Assembly (NCBI GenBank): GCA_951406725.2
Contig: OX597815.1
Location: 181,784,001 to 181,848,000, forward strand
DNA from: Octopus vulgaris
Lineage: Eukaryota
Length of the DNA: 64,000 nt
Direction: 5' to 3'
Position numbers and translations under genes: made by a program. The notes beneath the pieces were generated by a model. The model made no database searches and was not told the DNA's origin. It was given only the letters and a program-made list of their open reading frames with translations. Within the stretch, counting starts at the first letter, position 1; the number at the start of each line of letters is the position of its first letter. This document shows positions 52,235 to 64,000 of the stretch, one piece after another.

Positions 52235-52721
52235 CTAGGTTGTATTGTAGCCTGATAATTGCTAATACACATGTTAGGGAGTTTCTAGAAGAAAATATGA
52301 AATTAATGCATTCTTCAAGATACTTTTACTGACTTCCAGATGCTGTCACTGATTCTGAGGACAGCAAACTGAAAAATCTTCCCTAATTATACATGATCTA
52401 GCTGACATGTTATCACTATAGTAACGTTGCTTTATAGCTAGACACACTCAATCAGAAAACAGCCGAAATCTTGGAAAATGATTGAACACCAATTTTCTCC
52501 ATAACCCTAAGGCATCAATTAGATATAAAGAAATAATTGTCAGTTCTTCGAAAAGTACTTTCCCATTCACAATGCAGAAATTTCTCACTACTGCCATAGG
52601 ATGATAGCTTCAAAAAGTAGCAAACAGTAGCTTGGAAATCTGTTTGATCAGCGTTGGCAATGAGGTTGACTCTACATTTCAATTTTCAGAATATATAATA
52701 CATTTGCAGTTATACATCATA

Positions 52722-53580
52722 TTTATTTCTTTGTTGCCCACAGGGGGCTAAACATAGAGGGAACAAACAAGGACAGACAAAAGTATTATGTTGATCACAT
52801 TGACCCCCTGTGCGTAACTGGTTCTTATTTAATTGACCCCGAAAGGATGAAAGGCAAGTCGACCTCGACGGAATTTGAACTCAGAACGTAACAGCAGACG
52901 AAATACCTATTTCTTTACTAACCACAAGGGGCTAAATACAGAGAGGACAAACAAGGACAGACAAACGGATTAATTCAATTACATCAACCGCAGTGTGTAA
53001 CTGGTACTTATTTAATCGACCCCGAAAGGATGAAAGGCAAAGTTGACCTCGGCAGAATTTGAACTCAGAATGTAACAGCAGATAAAATACCGTTAAACAT
53101 TTCACCTGGCGTGCTAACGATTCTGCCAGCTCACCTCTCTATGTATGAAAATATATTTATTTCTTTGTTGCCCACAGGGGGCTAAACATAGAGGGGACAA
53201 ACAAGGATAGACAAAAGGATTAAGTTGATTACATCAACCACTGTGTGTAACTGCTACTTATTTAATCGACCCTGAAAGGATGAAAAACAAGTTGACCTTG
53301 GTGAAATTTGAACTCAGAATGTAATGGCAGACAAAATATTGTTAAGCATTTCACCTGGTGTGCTAACAATTCTGCCAGCTCACTGCCCTTTGTATGAAAA
53401 TAAATTTATTTCTTTATTGCCCACAGGGGGCTGATACTTATTTAATCAACCCCGAAAAAATGAAAGGCAAGTCGACCTCAGCGGAATTTGAACTCAGAAT
53501 GTAACGGCAGATAAAATACTGTTAAGCATTTTGCCTGGCATGCTAACGATTCTGCAGCTCACCACCCTATGTATGAAAAT
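52722..53580 (-). mobile_element. Tandem array of SINE B units
   Basis: A dimer plus two more copies, each followed by the same flank tgtatgaaaat. Confidence 0.85.
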
Positions 53581-54294
53581 TATATTAGTTGACTGCTGTT
53601 GTTATAACTGCTGTACAAAGGAATCCAAGTTCTATAAAGTTTATTTCTCTTTTGATGCAGAAAATGCTTTAAACCTGAACAGCTGCTGATCATGTTCAAC
53701 CGTTTAGCATTTAAACTGATCATCTCTGGCCCAAATATTCTACCTGTTTTATGTTCAAACCAGCTGAATCTGACCTCTCACATCAATCCAACAAAATCCC
53801 TCTCAAGAAACTTCAAAGCTACAAGATCATGAATAATTAATTCAAAACAACGTTAAGTAAATAACCATTAGATTGGAAAGAGTAATCTAAGAACTAAATT
53901 ATCGTTGTGATTTTAGTTTTGATCACATGACTTAGATTGTCTCGATTGCTGTTATTTACCTGCAGTGCAACTGCACAGAGTTCTGTTCTGTTTACGGCAC
54001 AACATGTTCAGTGTTGGTTTTTAGTTAGTTGAGAATGTAACAACTCGCTGCATAAAAATGTTATTGCGTTGAAGTTTGGTTTTGCTTACAATTTAACAAT
54101 CTTTGTTTGTATTGTATATTACAGTATTTTTAGTGGATTAAAACCTTTTAATTCCAGTTTGGGTTTGAAACAAGCGTTAGGATAGAATTTTGGTGTACAC
54201 TGGATTATTTTACATTTCAGAACTAAGTTCAAGACAAATCTTCAAGTTTGATTTAAAAGTAAGATTTCATTATTATTCAAATTATAATAAATAT

Positions 54295-54640
54295 AGGTGC
54301 ATGAGTGGCTGTGTGGTAAGGTGGCAAGCTGGCAGAAATGTTAGCACACCAGGCAAAATGCTTAATGGTATTTCGTCTGCCATTACATTCTGAGTTCAAA
54401 TTCCGCCGAGGTTAACTTTGCCTTTCATCCTTTCGGGGTTAATAAATTAAGTACCAGTTATGCACTGGAGTTGATGTAATTGACTTAATCCCTTTGTCTG
54501 TCTTTGCTTGTCCACTTGTGGTTCGGCAAAAGAGACCAATAGAATAAGTACTAGGCTTACAAAGAATAAGTCCTAGGGTCAATTTGGTGAAACAAGTCCT
54601 GGGGTCAATTTGACTGAAACAAGTAAAAGAATAAAAGAAA
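54295..54640 (+). mobile_element. SINE C/B chimera (C head, B body, C tail)
   Basis: Match to both families. Confidence 0.75.
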
Positions 54641-54644
54641 GAAT

Positions 54645-54805
54645 ATATAGTGAGAATTTACTAAAAAAAAACAAAAGACGAAGACGGGTGTGTAAACAAC
54701 AAACAGATGTATTAGTTTTACACTCAGGAAGTGAGAAAGTGCTTTACGTTTCGAGCCTATGCTCTTCGACAGAAAGGAACACAGGAATAAACAGTGAGAG
54801 AAAAT
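54645..54805 (-). mobile_element. Family G repeat with HHR-like motif (54742-54776)
   Basis: Second copy at about 60100-60292; minus strand ttt-CTGTCGA-a-gagc(atag)gctc-GAAA-cg-TA-aag. Confidence 0.65.
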
Positions 54806-55128
54806 AATATATGTATGTATGTATCTGTGTGTGTGTGGGTTTGTGTCCATATACTCATATGAATATATTGTGTGGGTATATTTTATTTCTAACTGTGAAA
54901 ATTTGAAAACCATTGTGCAAACTCTGTGCAAATATATCAAATTTTTAACTTGTAACTTTTCTCCAATTCTAAAATTTTGAAAATGATTTCTTAATATTTT
55001 TCCCTTCTAACATTCTCAGCTTTCAATTTGCTGCATTCTAAAAACGGGGGAGAAAAAAAAAAAGCTTTGTGTTTGAGTGAAAATGTTTTTGTATCACTAC
55101 TAAGAACAGTCACCACCTACAAAATAAC

Positions 55129-55172
<44 letters not shown>

Positions 55173-56819
55173 TAATAATAAAATTAAAAAATATTCTTAT
55201 TCTGAAACATTTTCCATGAAGTATATTGAATAGAAAAGAAATGATTCTTGCTTTAAAATGCTTACCAAAAAACAGTTACTTTTGAGATTTGAAAGGGGCA
55301 TTCTACTCTAGGAAATTGTCCTGGTATTCAATAATGGCAGCATTTTCAGAACCATTGGATGATAATAGTTTACAGAAGAATCAATATGATGCAGTTATTT
55401 GGGAAATGTATGCAAGTCTGATGTTATGCTAGAAGAAAAAAGTTTAAAAGAACATTTTACGTAACATCAGAAACAACTTACAAAGACATACTGATCATTG
55501 CTGTAATTTGAAAGTGATGTGAAGCTGCTTGGTCACCAATGTTGAGGCGGTTGCTTGGTGGTGTGTGTTGTATTATTGAAGACCATTGTCATGTGGTCTA
55601 GCTGGCTCCATCATCATTTAACATCTTTTTTTTATGCTTGTATTGGTTGGATGCAGATCCAGATTTAGATCCTAAGCACTTGAAAGGTTTTGGTGCCGTG
55701 AAGTATATGTAAATGGTTCAAAATGTAAACAATAATAAACCATAAAATAAATTTTCATTTTTCAAAATGAGATAAAACTGACAGAATAATGGAAAATAAT
55801 GTTTATTTTTGTATGCTTCCACTATATTTATATTTGAAAAGTTTTCTCCGTCGTTCTTTTAATTTAATTGCAAAGTCTTTGATGATATCATTAAAATTAA
55901 TTTTACATAAAACTTCTGCTTCTATACTTAGTAGAGATAAGGCAATAACGAATATTATTTTAGCAAGTTTAAAGTGATTTCTTTTGTGCTGTAAACTATT
56001 TTCATTTCTCTGGTGACCCTGTCCCTTGATGCCGTAAGCACGTGCTTATTTTCTTAATGGTTAATCTAGGGCTGGTTGGATGGTTTGACCGGATCTGGCC
56101 AGCTGAAGTGCTGCCCAGGTTCCATGCCTGTTTTGGCCTGGTTACTACTGCTGGATACCCTTCCTAATGCCAACCACTTTACAGAGTGTACTGGGTACTA
56201 TCACGCAGCACTGGTGAAGGTGCACTCATGTGGCACTAGCACAGGTACTTCTTAAAGCAACTCACAAACTTTTAGCATATTTATTGCAGGACATGACTTA
56301 CTGCCTTGCCTGTTTGCGAAAGAAAGGTGCTGATAATATAACTGCAAACTGGGAGGAGAGAGCTGTGCTATTTTTCACAAAAGCTTAGCTGTAGTGCATC
56401 ATGTGTGAGTGTCCAAAGTTGTTCTTAATCAAAGTGGTCAGTCTGAGTGCTTGAGGTTGTCTGGTCTTAGTGTCTGCTTTTTGTGAGTGCCCATGGTGGT
56501 CTACATGAATGCCTGAAGTCATCTGGTCTTAGCAGTCTGCCAAGGTTGTCCGGTTGAGTTCTGTGCCAAATGGTTTTTATAAGTTGAAAAGGGGTCAAAG
56601 TTTAGAGCATCTAAGGATACATATGTTACAGTTTCACGCTGACTTATCAATCACGTGAAACTGTGGTGGCTCACTGGTGACTTGGGGTTCAAATCCCTAC
56701 AAAAGCTTGAATCCCAATTAACTGAGGCAATTAAATATAACTGTAAATTTTAAGTATGAAGCATAAATGTAGTATTTACAAACGTTGAATTATCTTCTAT
56801 TTATCTTCAAACAGAAGCT

Positions 56820-57017
56820 ATTATTTACATTATTTACATTTGACAATATTTGTCCTCGTCTTGTTTGTTGTTAACACAATGTTACAGCTGATATAGCCTG
56901 CAGCCTTCATCAGGTGTTTTGGGGAAATTTGGAACCTGGGTTCTCATTCCTGGCATAGTGGTTAAGAGCTCAGGTTACTAACCCCATGATGATGATAATA
57001 ACAATAATAATGATAAT

Positions 57018-57051
<34 letters not shown>

Positions 57052-57226
57052 GCATCGAAAAATACCTTAGGAATGAGAACCCAGGTTCAAAATTTCTCCA
57101 AGACACCTGATGAAGGCTGCAGGGTATATCAGTTGAAATGTTGTGTGAACAACAAACAAGATGAGGACAAATATCCATCAAATGTAAATAATGTACATAA
57201 TTCCTCATCTCTTATATACAGAACAG
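56820..57226. mobile_element. Family A inverted composite: minus body, then plus tRNA-like head, (AAT)n and HHR body
   Basis: Minus 56820-56950; A box TGGCATAGTGG at 56951-56961; (AAT)n; body 57052-57226 with HHR at about 57102-57146. Confidence 0.85.
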
Positions 57227-57970
57227 TTTTTCTCAGATTCCTACATTTCAGATGTCGGAGATTACGAATATGCAAAACACAAAAAAAATTAACCCCACCA
57301 CCATCACCCACCACTCACTCCCATTTGAAATTTTAAACTTTTTTGAAATTTTTTTTCCCCTATGTTTTAGATGACAGAGATTCCGGATATGCAAGAAACC
57401 ACATTTTGAAACTTTTAAATTTAATAAGCATATAGATAGATGTATAAAGAGATAGATAGATATGAATGTCTTCTTGGGGCTAAAAACAACAGTAACACCG
57501 TCCTCTATAGGACCACCACATTTAGTTGACAAATATATTTTATGAATAAATGGATAGGGATAGATTGACAGACAAATAAATGAATGGATGAAAAAGTTCA
57601 AAATTTAAAATTGGGGAGGGGGGAAATTTGAGCCCCTTATTAAACTTTATAACATTAATTATTAAATATCAATGTTTTTTTCTCATGAAATGGCTCACAT
57701 GGGGATGTGGTGTGTATTTAATTTACATTAAATTATTATTTATGATTATTTAAGGCAAACACAAGTAAAATGCAAATTCTTTTCATTTTAATGTTTTTGT
57801 TTGTATTTAATTTCGATTTGCATGTTTGTCAATTCACTATGATCTCTGTAAAGTAAACAAAATCAAAAATTTTAATTTGGGGGTTGGGGAAGAGGGAAGA
57901 ATTAAAACAAATTTTTTTTTCTTTTGCATATTCATAACTTCCGATATAGAAAACGTAGGAATCCAAAAAA
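57227..57970. mobile_element. MITE or foldback-like element with about 50-bp imperfect inverted ends
   Basis: gattcctacatttcagatgtcggagattacgaatatgcaaaa versus the reverse complement of ttttgcatattcataacttccgatatagaaaacgtaggaatc; a third decayed copy near 57355-57397. No TSD found. Confidence 0.6.
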
Positions 57971-58301
57971 TGTTTTTTAAAAAAATGCATTTTTCAAGGT
58001 GAAACTGCATTAGTCCCCTAACTTCCCCTTTATAAATGTCCTGAAAATTCTACACAGCCTTGGCTTTGTTGTCTCATTTTATTTAACATATACAAGACCC
58101 GCATCAGACTCCTCACTCGTTTTATTATCGAACCAAAAGTTTAACTATGGTCTTTCCATAGCACTTACATAGCGTTACCTGCCACCTTGGCTCTTCTGAA
58201 AACCAATACCTCTCATATATATATTAATATATATATTACTGATAATAATATGACAAGAAAAGAATGAATGAGACCTCAATATTATATAAAATAGGGGAAT
58301 T

Positions 58302-58513
58302 TATATATAAATATGTGACAATTAGTTGGTTGTCATAATAAAACTCAGAGTTTCGGATACTGGGGCTGAAGTCTGCTCCAGCATCTCATCAGTTATTAAG
58401 ACAAAACGTTTTGTCTTAATAACTGATGAGATGCTGGAGCAGACTTCAGCCCCAGTATCCGAAACTCTGAGTTTTATTATGACAACCAACTAATTGTCAC
58501 ATATTTATATATA
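58302..58513. repeat. Perfect 212-bp palindrome with no spacer
   Basis: Centre aaaac|gtttt at 58407/58408; the 106-bp arms are exact reverse complements. Confidence 0.95.
58413..58483 (+). ncRNA. Type-I hammerhead ribozyme motif (family H); mirror copy at 58332-58402 on the minus strand
   Basis: gtc-t-taataa-CTGATGA-gatgctgg...ccagtatc-c-GAAA-ctctga-GTT-ttatta-t-gac. Confidence 0.7.
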
Positions 58514-60099
58514 TATATATACAACAGGCTTCTTTCAGTTTTTGTCTACCAAATCCACACACAAGACTTTGGTCAGTCTGAGGTTATTGTAGAAGACACT
58601 TGCCCAAGGTGCCACACAGTGTGACTGAACCCAGAACCATGTGGTTGGGAAGAAAGCTTCTTACCACACAGCTGGATTTTAAAATTTTGGCACAAGACCA
58701 GCAACCTTGGTAGAAGAGAGCAAGTCTATTACATTGAACACTCTGCTAAACAGATAATTATTTTATTAATTCCAAAGGGATAAAAGGCAAGGTCGACCTC
58801 ACCAGGATTTGAACTCAGAACATAAAGCCAAAATGAAAGACAGCTAAGCATTTTGTTGAGCATGCTAAAGATTCTGTTAAATTACCACCTTCTTACCAAT
58901 AATGGTATTGTAGAGCATAATAATATTAATTAATAACTTAGACTAACGTTCCAAATTCATTTGTTCTAAGCTTGTATGGTGTGATTTTTGTCAGCTTCAT
59001 ACAGCATGGAATATTGTATTCTGCATATTAAAAAAAAAATTAATCAGACAATTCCATCACAAAATATTCTTATAATGATAATAATAGGCGAGATAAAAAA
59101 AATTCTCTTTATTGTATTCCCAGGTTTCATTAATAAAATAAATGTTAACAAGCCAAGGTTATATATCATTTAGCAATGTAACTATCGTGTTCTTCAAAGA
59201 TGTGCAGAGTGAGAGACAATTGGTGTGTGGTGTAGAACGGCAGAGCTCTAGTAAATGTCTCTCCACAGAAATGGCTCAGAAATTTGCTGACGCCAAAACA
59301 GGACTGTTATGTATGAAAAAGGATTCATACATTTGGTTATTTTAACAAGTGCATTTATCCATACGCCCCCCCACACCACCACCACCATTGTATGCTCTAC
59401 ATCAGTGGTTCTAAAGCATTTTTTTTATCTATTAGTCACCTTCATACTTTCTTCCTCTCTTCTTTTTCTCACTCCCTCTTTCTTTCTCACATTTCTTGGC
59501 CCTCTCTTTCCTTAACTCCCACTTTTTCCTCCTTGTTTATCTCCCCTGTACTTTTCCCTTTGTCTCTGATTTTTTTTTCTAATCCTTCAATCCAGCTGCC
59601 CCCTACTCCTCTCTCCTCCTTCTACATGACTCGTGTCCGGCCAGCCATGATCTTTCTTTCTTGCCCTGAGTGCCGACCACCAACACCTCTTATGTCCATC
59701 TCCTATGTTCCTCCCTTTAGGCTTTCACTTAATACCTGCCAGCTCAATTTGATTCGTTCTCAGTCAAAAGGTACCTCTTGTTATATTCATGTTGTTTGTA
59801 TTTGTAATTGTGCACCATGTTGGTTTTTTGTCTTTGTTGCCGTACACATTCACTAGCTTTCTTACAAAAAAAATCTAATGCTCTTAGCTTAGACGTTTTG
59901 GGGAGCAACCAGATCGAACTGTCTCAAGTGTAACTGCCCGAAACAGTACGGACTTCTGGTATACTTGACTGAGAAAAGAAGGCTACAAATGACCTGTTTT
60001 TTTGCCTGTATTTCTAATTGTTGCTTCTCCTGTCCACCTTTGTATTGTCTTTCTATCCAAATGTTTTATATATATACATATACATACATATATATATAT

Positions 60100-60292
60100 A
60101 GGGAAAGTTTACGAAAAAAACAAAAGACGAAGACAGGTGGTGTACAAAACAAACAGATGTATTAGTATAATGCTCAGGAATAGAAAAAGTCTTTTACGTT
60201 TCGAGTCTATGCTCTTCTACAGAAAGGGACACAGAAAAAAACAGGGAGAGAATAAAAGGAGAGAAAAAAATGTGTGTAGCGGCTAACGATGT
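60100..60292 (-). mobile_element. Family G repeat with HHR-like motif (60191-60226)
   Basis: Minus strand cttt-CTGTAGA-a-gag(cataga)ctc-GAAA-cg-TA-aaag. Confidence 0.65.
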
Positions 60293-61236
60293 GTATATAT
60301 GTATATAACAGACTTCTTTCAGTTTCTGTCTACCATATTCATTTGCAAAGCTTTGATAGGTCTGACACTGAAGTAGAAACTCGTGCTGAAGGTGCCATAC
60401 AGTAGGACTGAACCTAGAATCATGTACTTGGGAAGCAAACTTCTTACCCCAAAGCCATGCCTGTGCTTATGTATATATTCTTCCACCAATTCCACTCCCA
60501 AGTTATTGATCCACCTGAAATTAAAGTCGAAGCTATTAGCTTAAGGTGTTGCCAAGTGAAATCAAAATTAGAACCAGGTAATGCAAAGCAACCTCTGTAA
60601 CCGAATACTCAGATTTGCACCCACACAACTCAGGACAAATACTCTGCTTCATCACATAATCAATTTCCTTAACTAAATTTTGCAGATCTAATTACATAGT
60701 AAATCATGAGATACAAATACCTGAATATACCCTCTAACCCTACTGTAATCGATAGTATTAGTTATTATCGCATATTCAAGAAATTATTTAATAAAATATT
60801 CACCAAATAGAATTCTCTTCTTGTTTACAACTTTTATATTACAAAGAATTGTTATTTCTTATTCATTAATTCGTTGCTATTTTGAAGGTTAAATTCATTC
60901 TTTTCTTTGAGTGATTTCAGAAACTAATGCCAGTAGTTAAGATACTATTTGAACTTTCACAAAAACCTTTTCATCATATCTTTAAGGATTTATGTAATCA
61001 GAGGAATAGACTCTAACCGTTTTGTTTGCATTAACACACAGCTTTATATAGCAATGCTTCTTTTCAACTATTTTCTCTATATTTTCTCTATATTAGCTAA
61101 ACTCTTAGTTGAAGTTTTGGATTACTGGTTACACCATTGTAAGTTCAAACCTTACTGAAATTATTGGTATGTTTGGCATTAAAGCCTGGTGTTAATGCTG
61201 CAATAATTGACATTAGACAGCCATATTGTTTGATTA

Positions 61237-61651
61237 GGGCGGTGAGCTGGCAGAAACGTTAGCACGCCAGGTGAAATGCTCAGCAGTATTTCGTCTGTCA
61301 CTACGTTCTGAGGTCAAATTCCGCCGAGGTCGACTTTGCCTTTCATCCTTTTGGGGTCGATTAAATAAGTACCAGTAACACACTGGGGTTGATGTAACCA
61401 ACTTGATCCGTTTGTCTGTCCTTGTTTGTCCCCTCTGTGTTTAGCCCCTTGTGGGTAGTTAAGAAATAGGTATTTCATCTGTCGTTACGTTCTGAGTTCA
61501 AATTCCGCCAAGGTCAACTTTGCCTTCCATCCTTTTGGGGTCGATTAAATAAGTACCAGTTACACACTGGGGTTGATGTAATCAACTTGATCCGTTTGTC
61601 TGTCCTTGTTTGTCCTCTCTGTGTTTAGCCCCTTGTGGATAGTAAAGAAAT
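61237..61651 (+). mobile_element. SINE B dimer with approximate TSD
   Basis: Flanks atattgtttgattag and atattgtttaattag. Confidence 0.88.
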
Positions 61652-61944
61652 ATATTGTTTAATTAGAATTATCAAAGGAACCCTAAATTAAATAACATTG
61701 CCTAGCCAACAATTATCTAAATATTTAATTATGAAAAACTATTATAGAATATAAGTTCCTGCAAAACCGTATAAAATATGTTAAAGTAGGTCATATTTAT
61801 CTCAATCTTCTACTGAGAGTTATTCCTTAATTTAAGTGCTATCTTTTTTTTTTCTTTTGTTGTTGTTGATTCTCAGTACAAAAGTTTTATTTTGAAAATA
61901 GTAAAGATTGTTTGCCAACATGACATGGCAGTCCTGGTTTAGGA

Positions 61945-62199
61945 CAAATGTTGCTGTAATTTAGCCCCAAGAGACATCATCTCCAGCTGGCTGTACAGAA
62001 CGATCTGTATCTTTATATTTTCGAACAAGGGAATCTAGCACCCCAACTCAGCTCAAAATAATATCTGTGTATCGCGATTTCCGGGTTTTGAGCTGAGTGG
62101 GGGTGCTAGATTCCCTTGTTCGAAAATATAAGGACACAGATCGTGTCGTATAGCCAGCTGGAGATGATGTCTCCTGGGGCTAAATTACAGCAACATTTG
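61945..62199. repeat. Inverted repeat, 114-bp arms, 27-bp spacer
   Basis: 61945-62058 versus 62086-62199, with a few mismatches. Confidence 0.92.
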
Positions 62200-62886
62200 A
62201 GATTATTTTGGATTATTGTTTTTGCCTTTTCAGGGAAAAATATTTCAAAATTTGCAGTTGAACTTTTATTGTTGTAAATTGAATTGTGCTATATTATCAG
62301 GATAAAGACATGTAAAGCACAAAGTAAAAATAAATCTAAAAAGCTTGTGATGAAAGTATGAAATATAAAATCATTATTGAATTTTACTAACGAATGTTTA
62401 GAGTTTTTGATTCCATTTGAAAAAATTTATACCAAACATTTATCTTAGTTCATAGTCTGACTGCGGCTATGGCATGACATATAGGAATTGTACTTTAAAA
62501 TATTTGACATTTAGTTCTATCAATATATATTCCAAAATTGGAAACAAAGAACGACAAATCAGCAGACAACACTCTATAAACTACAGAAATTTTAAAAAAT
62601 CAAGGAATTTTTTATTGTGAATGTGAGAAATATTTTATAGTATACTAAAATATCTTATCTAATAAATTTGCCCGGTGCATATATAAAGTAAAAAATGGTA
62701 AAAAAAAAAGACGTTTACAGCACGAGATCTATTTTGCTTTTTAAAGGTTAAATAATTCATAATTAATCAAAATATCACATTTGTCCTAAAAACATAATTG
62801 CAATAAATGGCATAGGATTACATTGGACTATTACAGAGTAAAATTTTTAAAGTTTACTTCAGTTTTATTTCTCAAAACTGTGAATA

Positions 62887-63027
62887 ATTTACATTATTTA
62901 CATTTGACAGATATTTGTCCTCATCTTGTTTGTGGTTAACACTTTTCAGCTGACTAACCCTCCAGCCTTCATCAGATGTCTTGGGGAAATTTTGAATCTG
63001 GGTTTTCATTCCTAAGATATTTTTCAA

Positions 63028-63122
<95 letters not shown>

Positions 63123-63189
63123 ACTATGCCATATGCCCATGGGTATATGGCGTAGTGGTTAAGAGCGTGGGCTACTAAACCCAAGATTC
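62887..63189. mobile_element. Family A: minus body, (ATT)n and head-to-head palindromic tRNA-like heads
   Basis: Body 62887-63030; near-palindrome centred at 63139/63140; plus head TGGCGTAGTGGttaagagcgtgggctactaaacccaagattc. Confidence 0.82.
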
Positions 63190-63660
63190 TTTTTCTCTTT
63201 TATTCTTTTACTTGTTTCAGTCATTTTACTGCAGACATGCTGGAGCACTGCTTTTAGTTGAACAGATCGACCCCCACTCCAGGACTTATTCTTTGCAAGC
63301 CTAGTACTTTTTCTATTGGCATCTTTTGCTGAGCCGCTAAGTTATGGGAACATAAACACACCATGATGATGATAAGAGGACAAACATAAATACACACACA
63401 CACATATATGTCACATCTTCTTCTTTATCTTCTTTATCTAGTTTCAGCTCATGAGCTGTGGCCATGCTGGGGCACTGCCATTTATATATATATATATCAC
63501 AGGCTTCTTTCAGTTTCTGTCTACCAAATCCACTCACAAAGCTTTGGACGGCCTCAGACTATAGCAGAAGACACTTGCCTAAAGTGCCACGCAGTGGAAC
63601 TGAACCCAGAACCATATGGTTGGGAAGCAAGCTTCTTACCACACAGCCACTCCTGTGCCC
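63190..63660 (-). mobile_element. SINE C (rearranged)
   Basis: Reverse-complement match. Confidence 0.8.
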
Positions 63661-64000
63661 ATATATATATATATATGTATGTATGTATGTATGTATATTA
63701 TAAATGAAAAACATTCATTTATATTGAATATGCTAGGAAAGAAAAAAGCAAACAAATAAACACAGACAATGCATCGTAATTTCACAAAAGTATCAATCAG
63801 AGAATACCATTATCAAAGCTAAGAATATGAAGAGTATGTACTAAAGAATGGTTAGAATGTACTGCTTGGAAATTATTTTAGATTATATTAAAAGATGAAA
63901 TGCAAAGAGAGATTGAAAGAGACAGTGTGAGAGAGAGAAAACAAGACTGGGGTGGAGGGGGTGATACAGCTGGGATTTTTCTTTTACCTAATAAAATGTT

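Noticed and set aside
59142-59345. 67-aa ORF with protein-like composition
   Set aside because: No recognisable motif and weak splice sites.
59890-59990. ccgaaacagta and ctgagaa as a possible hammerhead
   Set aside because: No CUGANGA in the right order and no convincing stems.
63141-63189. tRNA gene
   Set aside because: Only the D-arm and anticodon region are present, with no T-arm or acceptor stem. It is treated as a retroelement head, as are the SINE B, C and D heads.

Overview
AT-rich, repeat-dense animal genomic DNA, probably intronic or intergenic. The SINE/LINE families and microsatellite load suggest a coleoid cephalopod such as Octopus; this is recognition, not a database result. 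No intact host protein-coding gene can be supported, and most long ORFs are microsatellite or minisatellite artefacts. The window holds three tRNA-derived SINE families; RTE, CR1 and R4/Dong LINE 3' ends; a full-length but dead DD37D (maT) Tc1/mariner transposon plus Tc1 and mariner remnants; a Helitron; a Helentron-like element; a MITE; a Ty3/Gypsy 5'LTR-PBS-gag stub; and a 36-bp minisatellite. The main hidden signal is a set of minimal type-I hammerhead ribozyme (HHR) motifs in at least four short repeat families. The commonest, family A (about 13 copies or fragments at 8 loci), joins a tRNA-like Pol III A-box head, an (AAT)n linker and an HHR-bearing body with a fixed non-repetitive 3' end. 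It sits in inverted or tandem composites, two of them flanked by target-site duplications. It is a candidate tRNA-headed, ribozyme-carrying SINE mobilised by Penelope-like elements. All coordinates were read by eye, so repeat boundaries are approximate.
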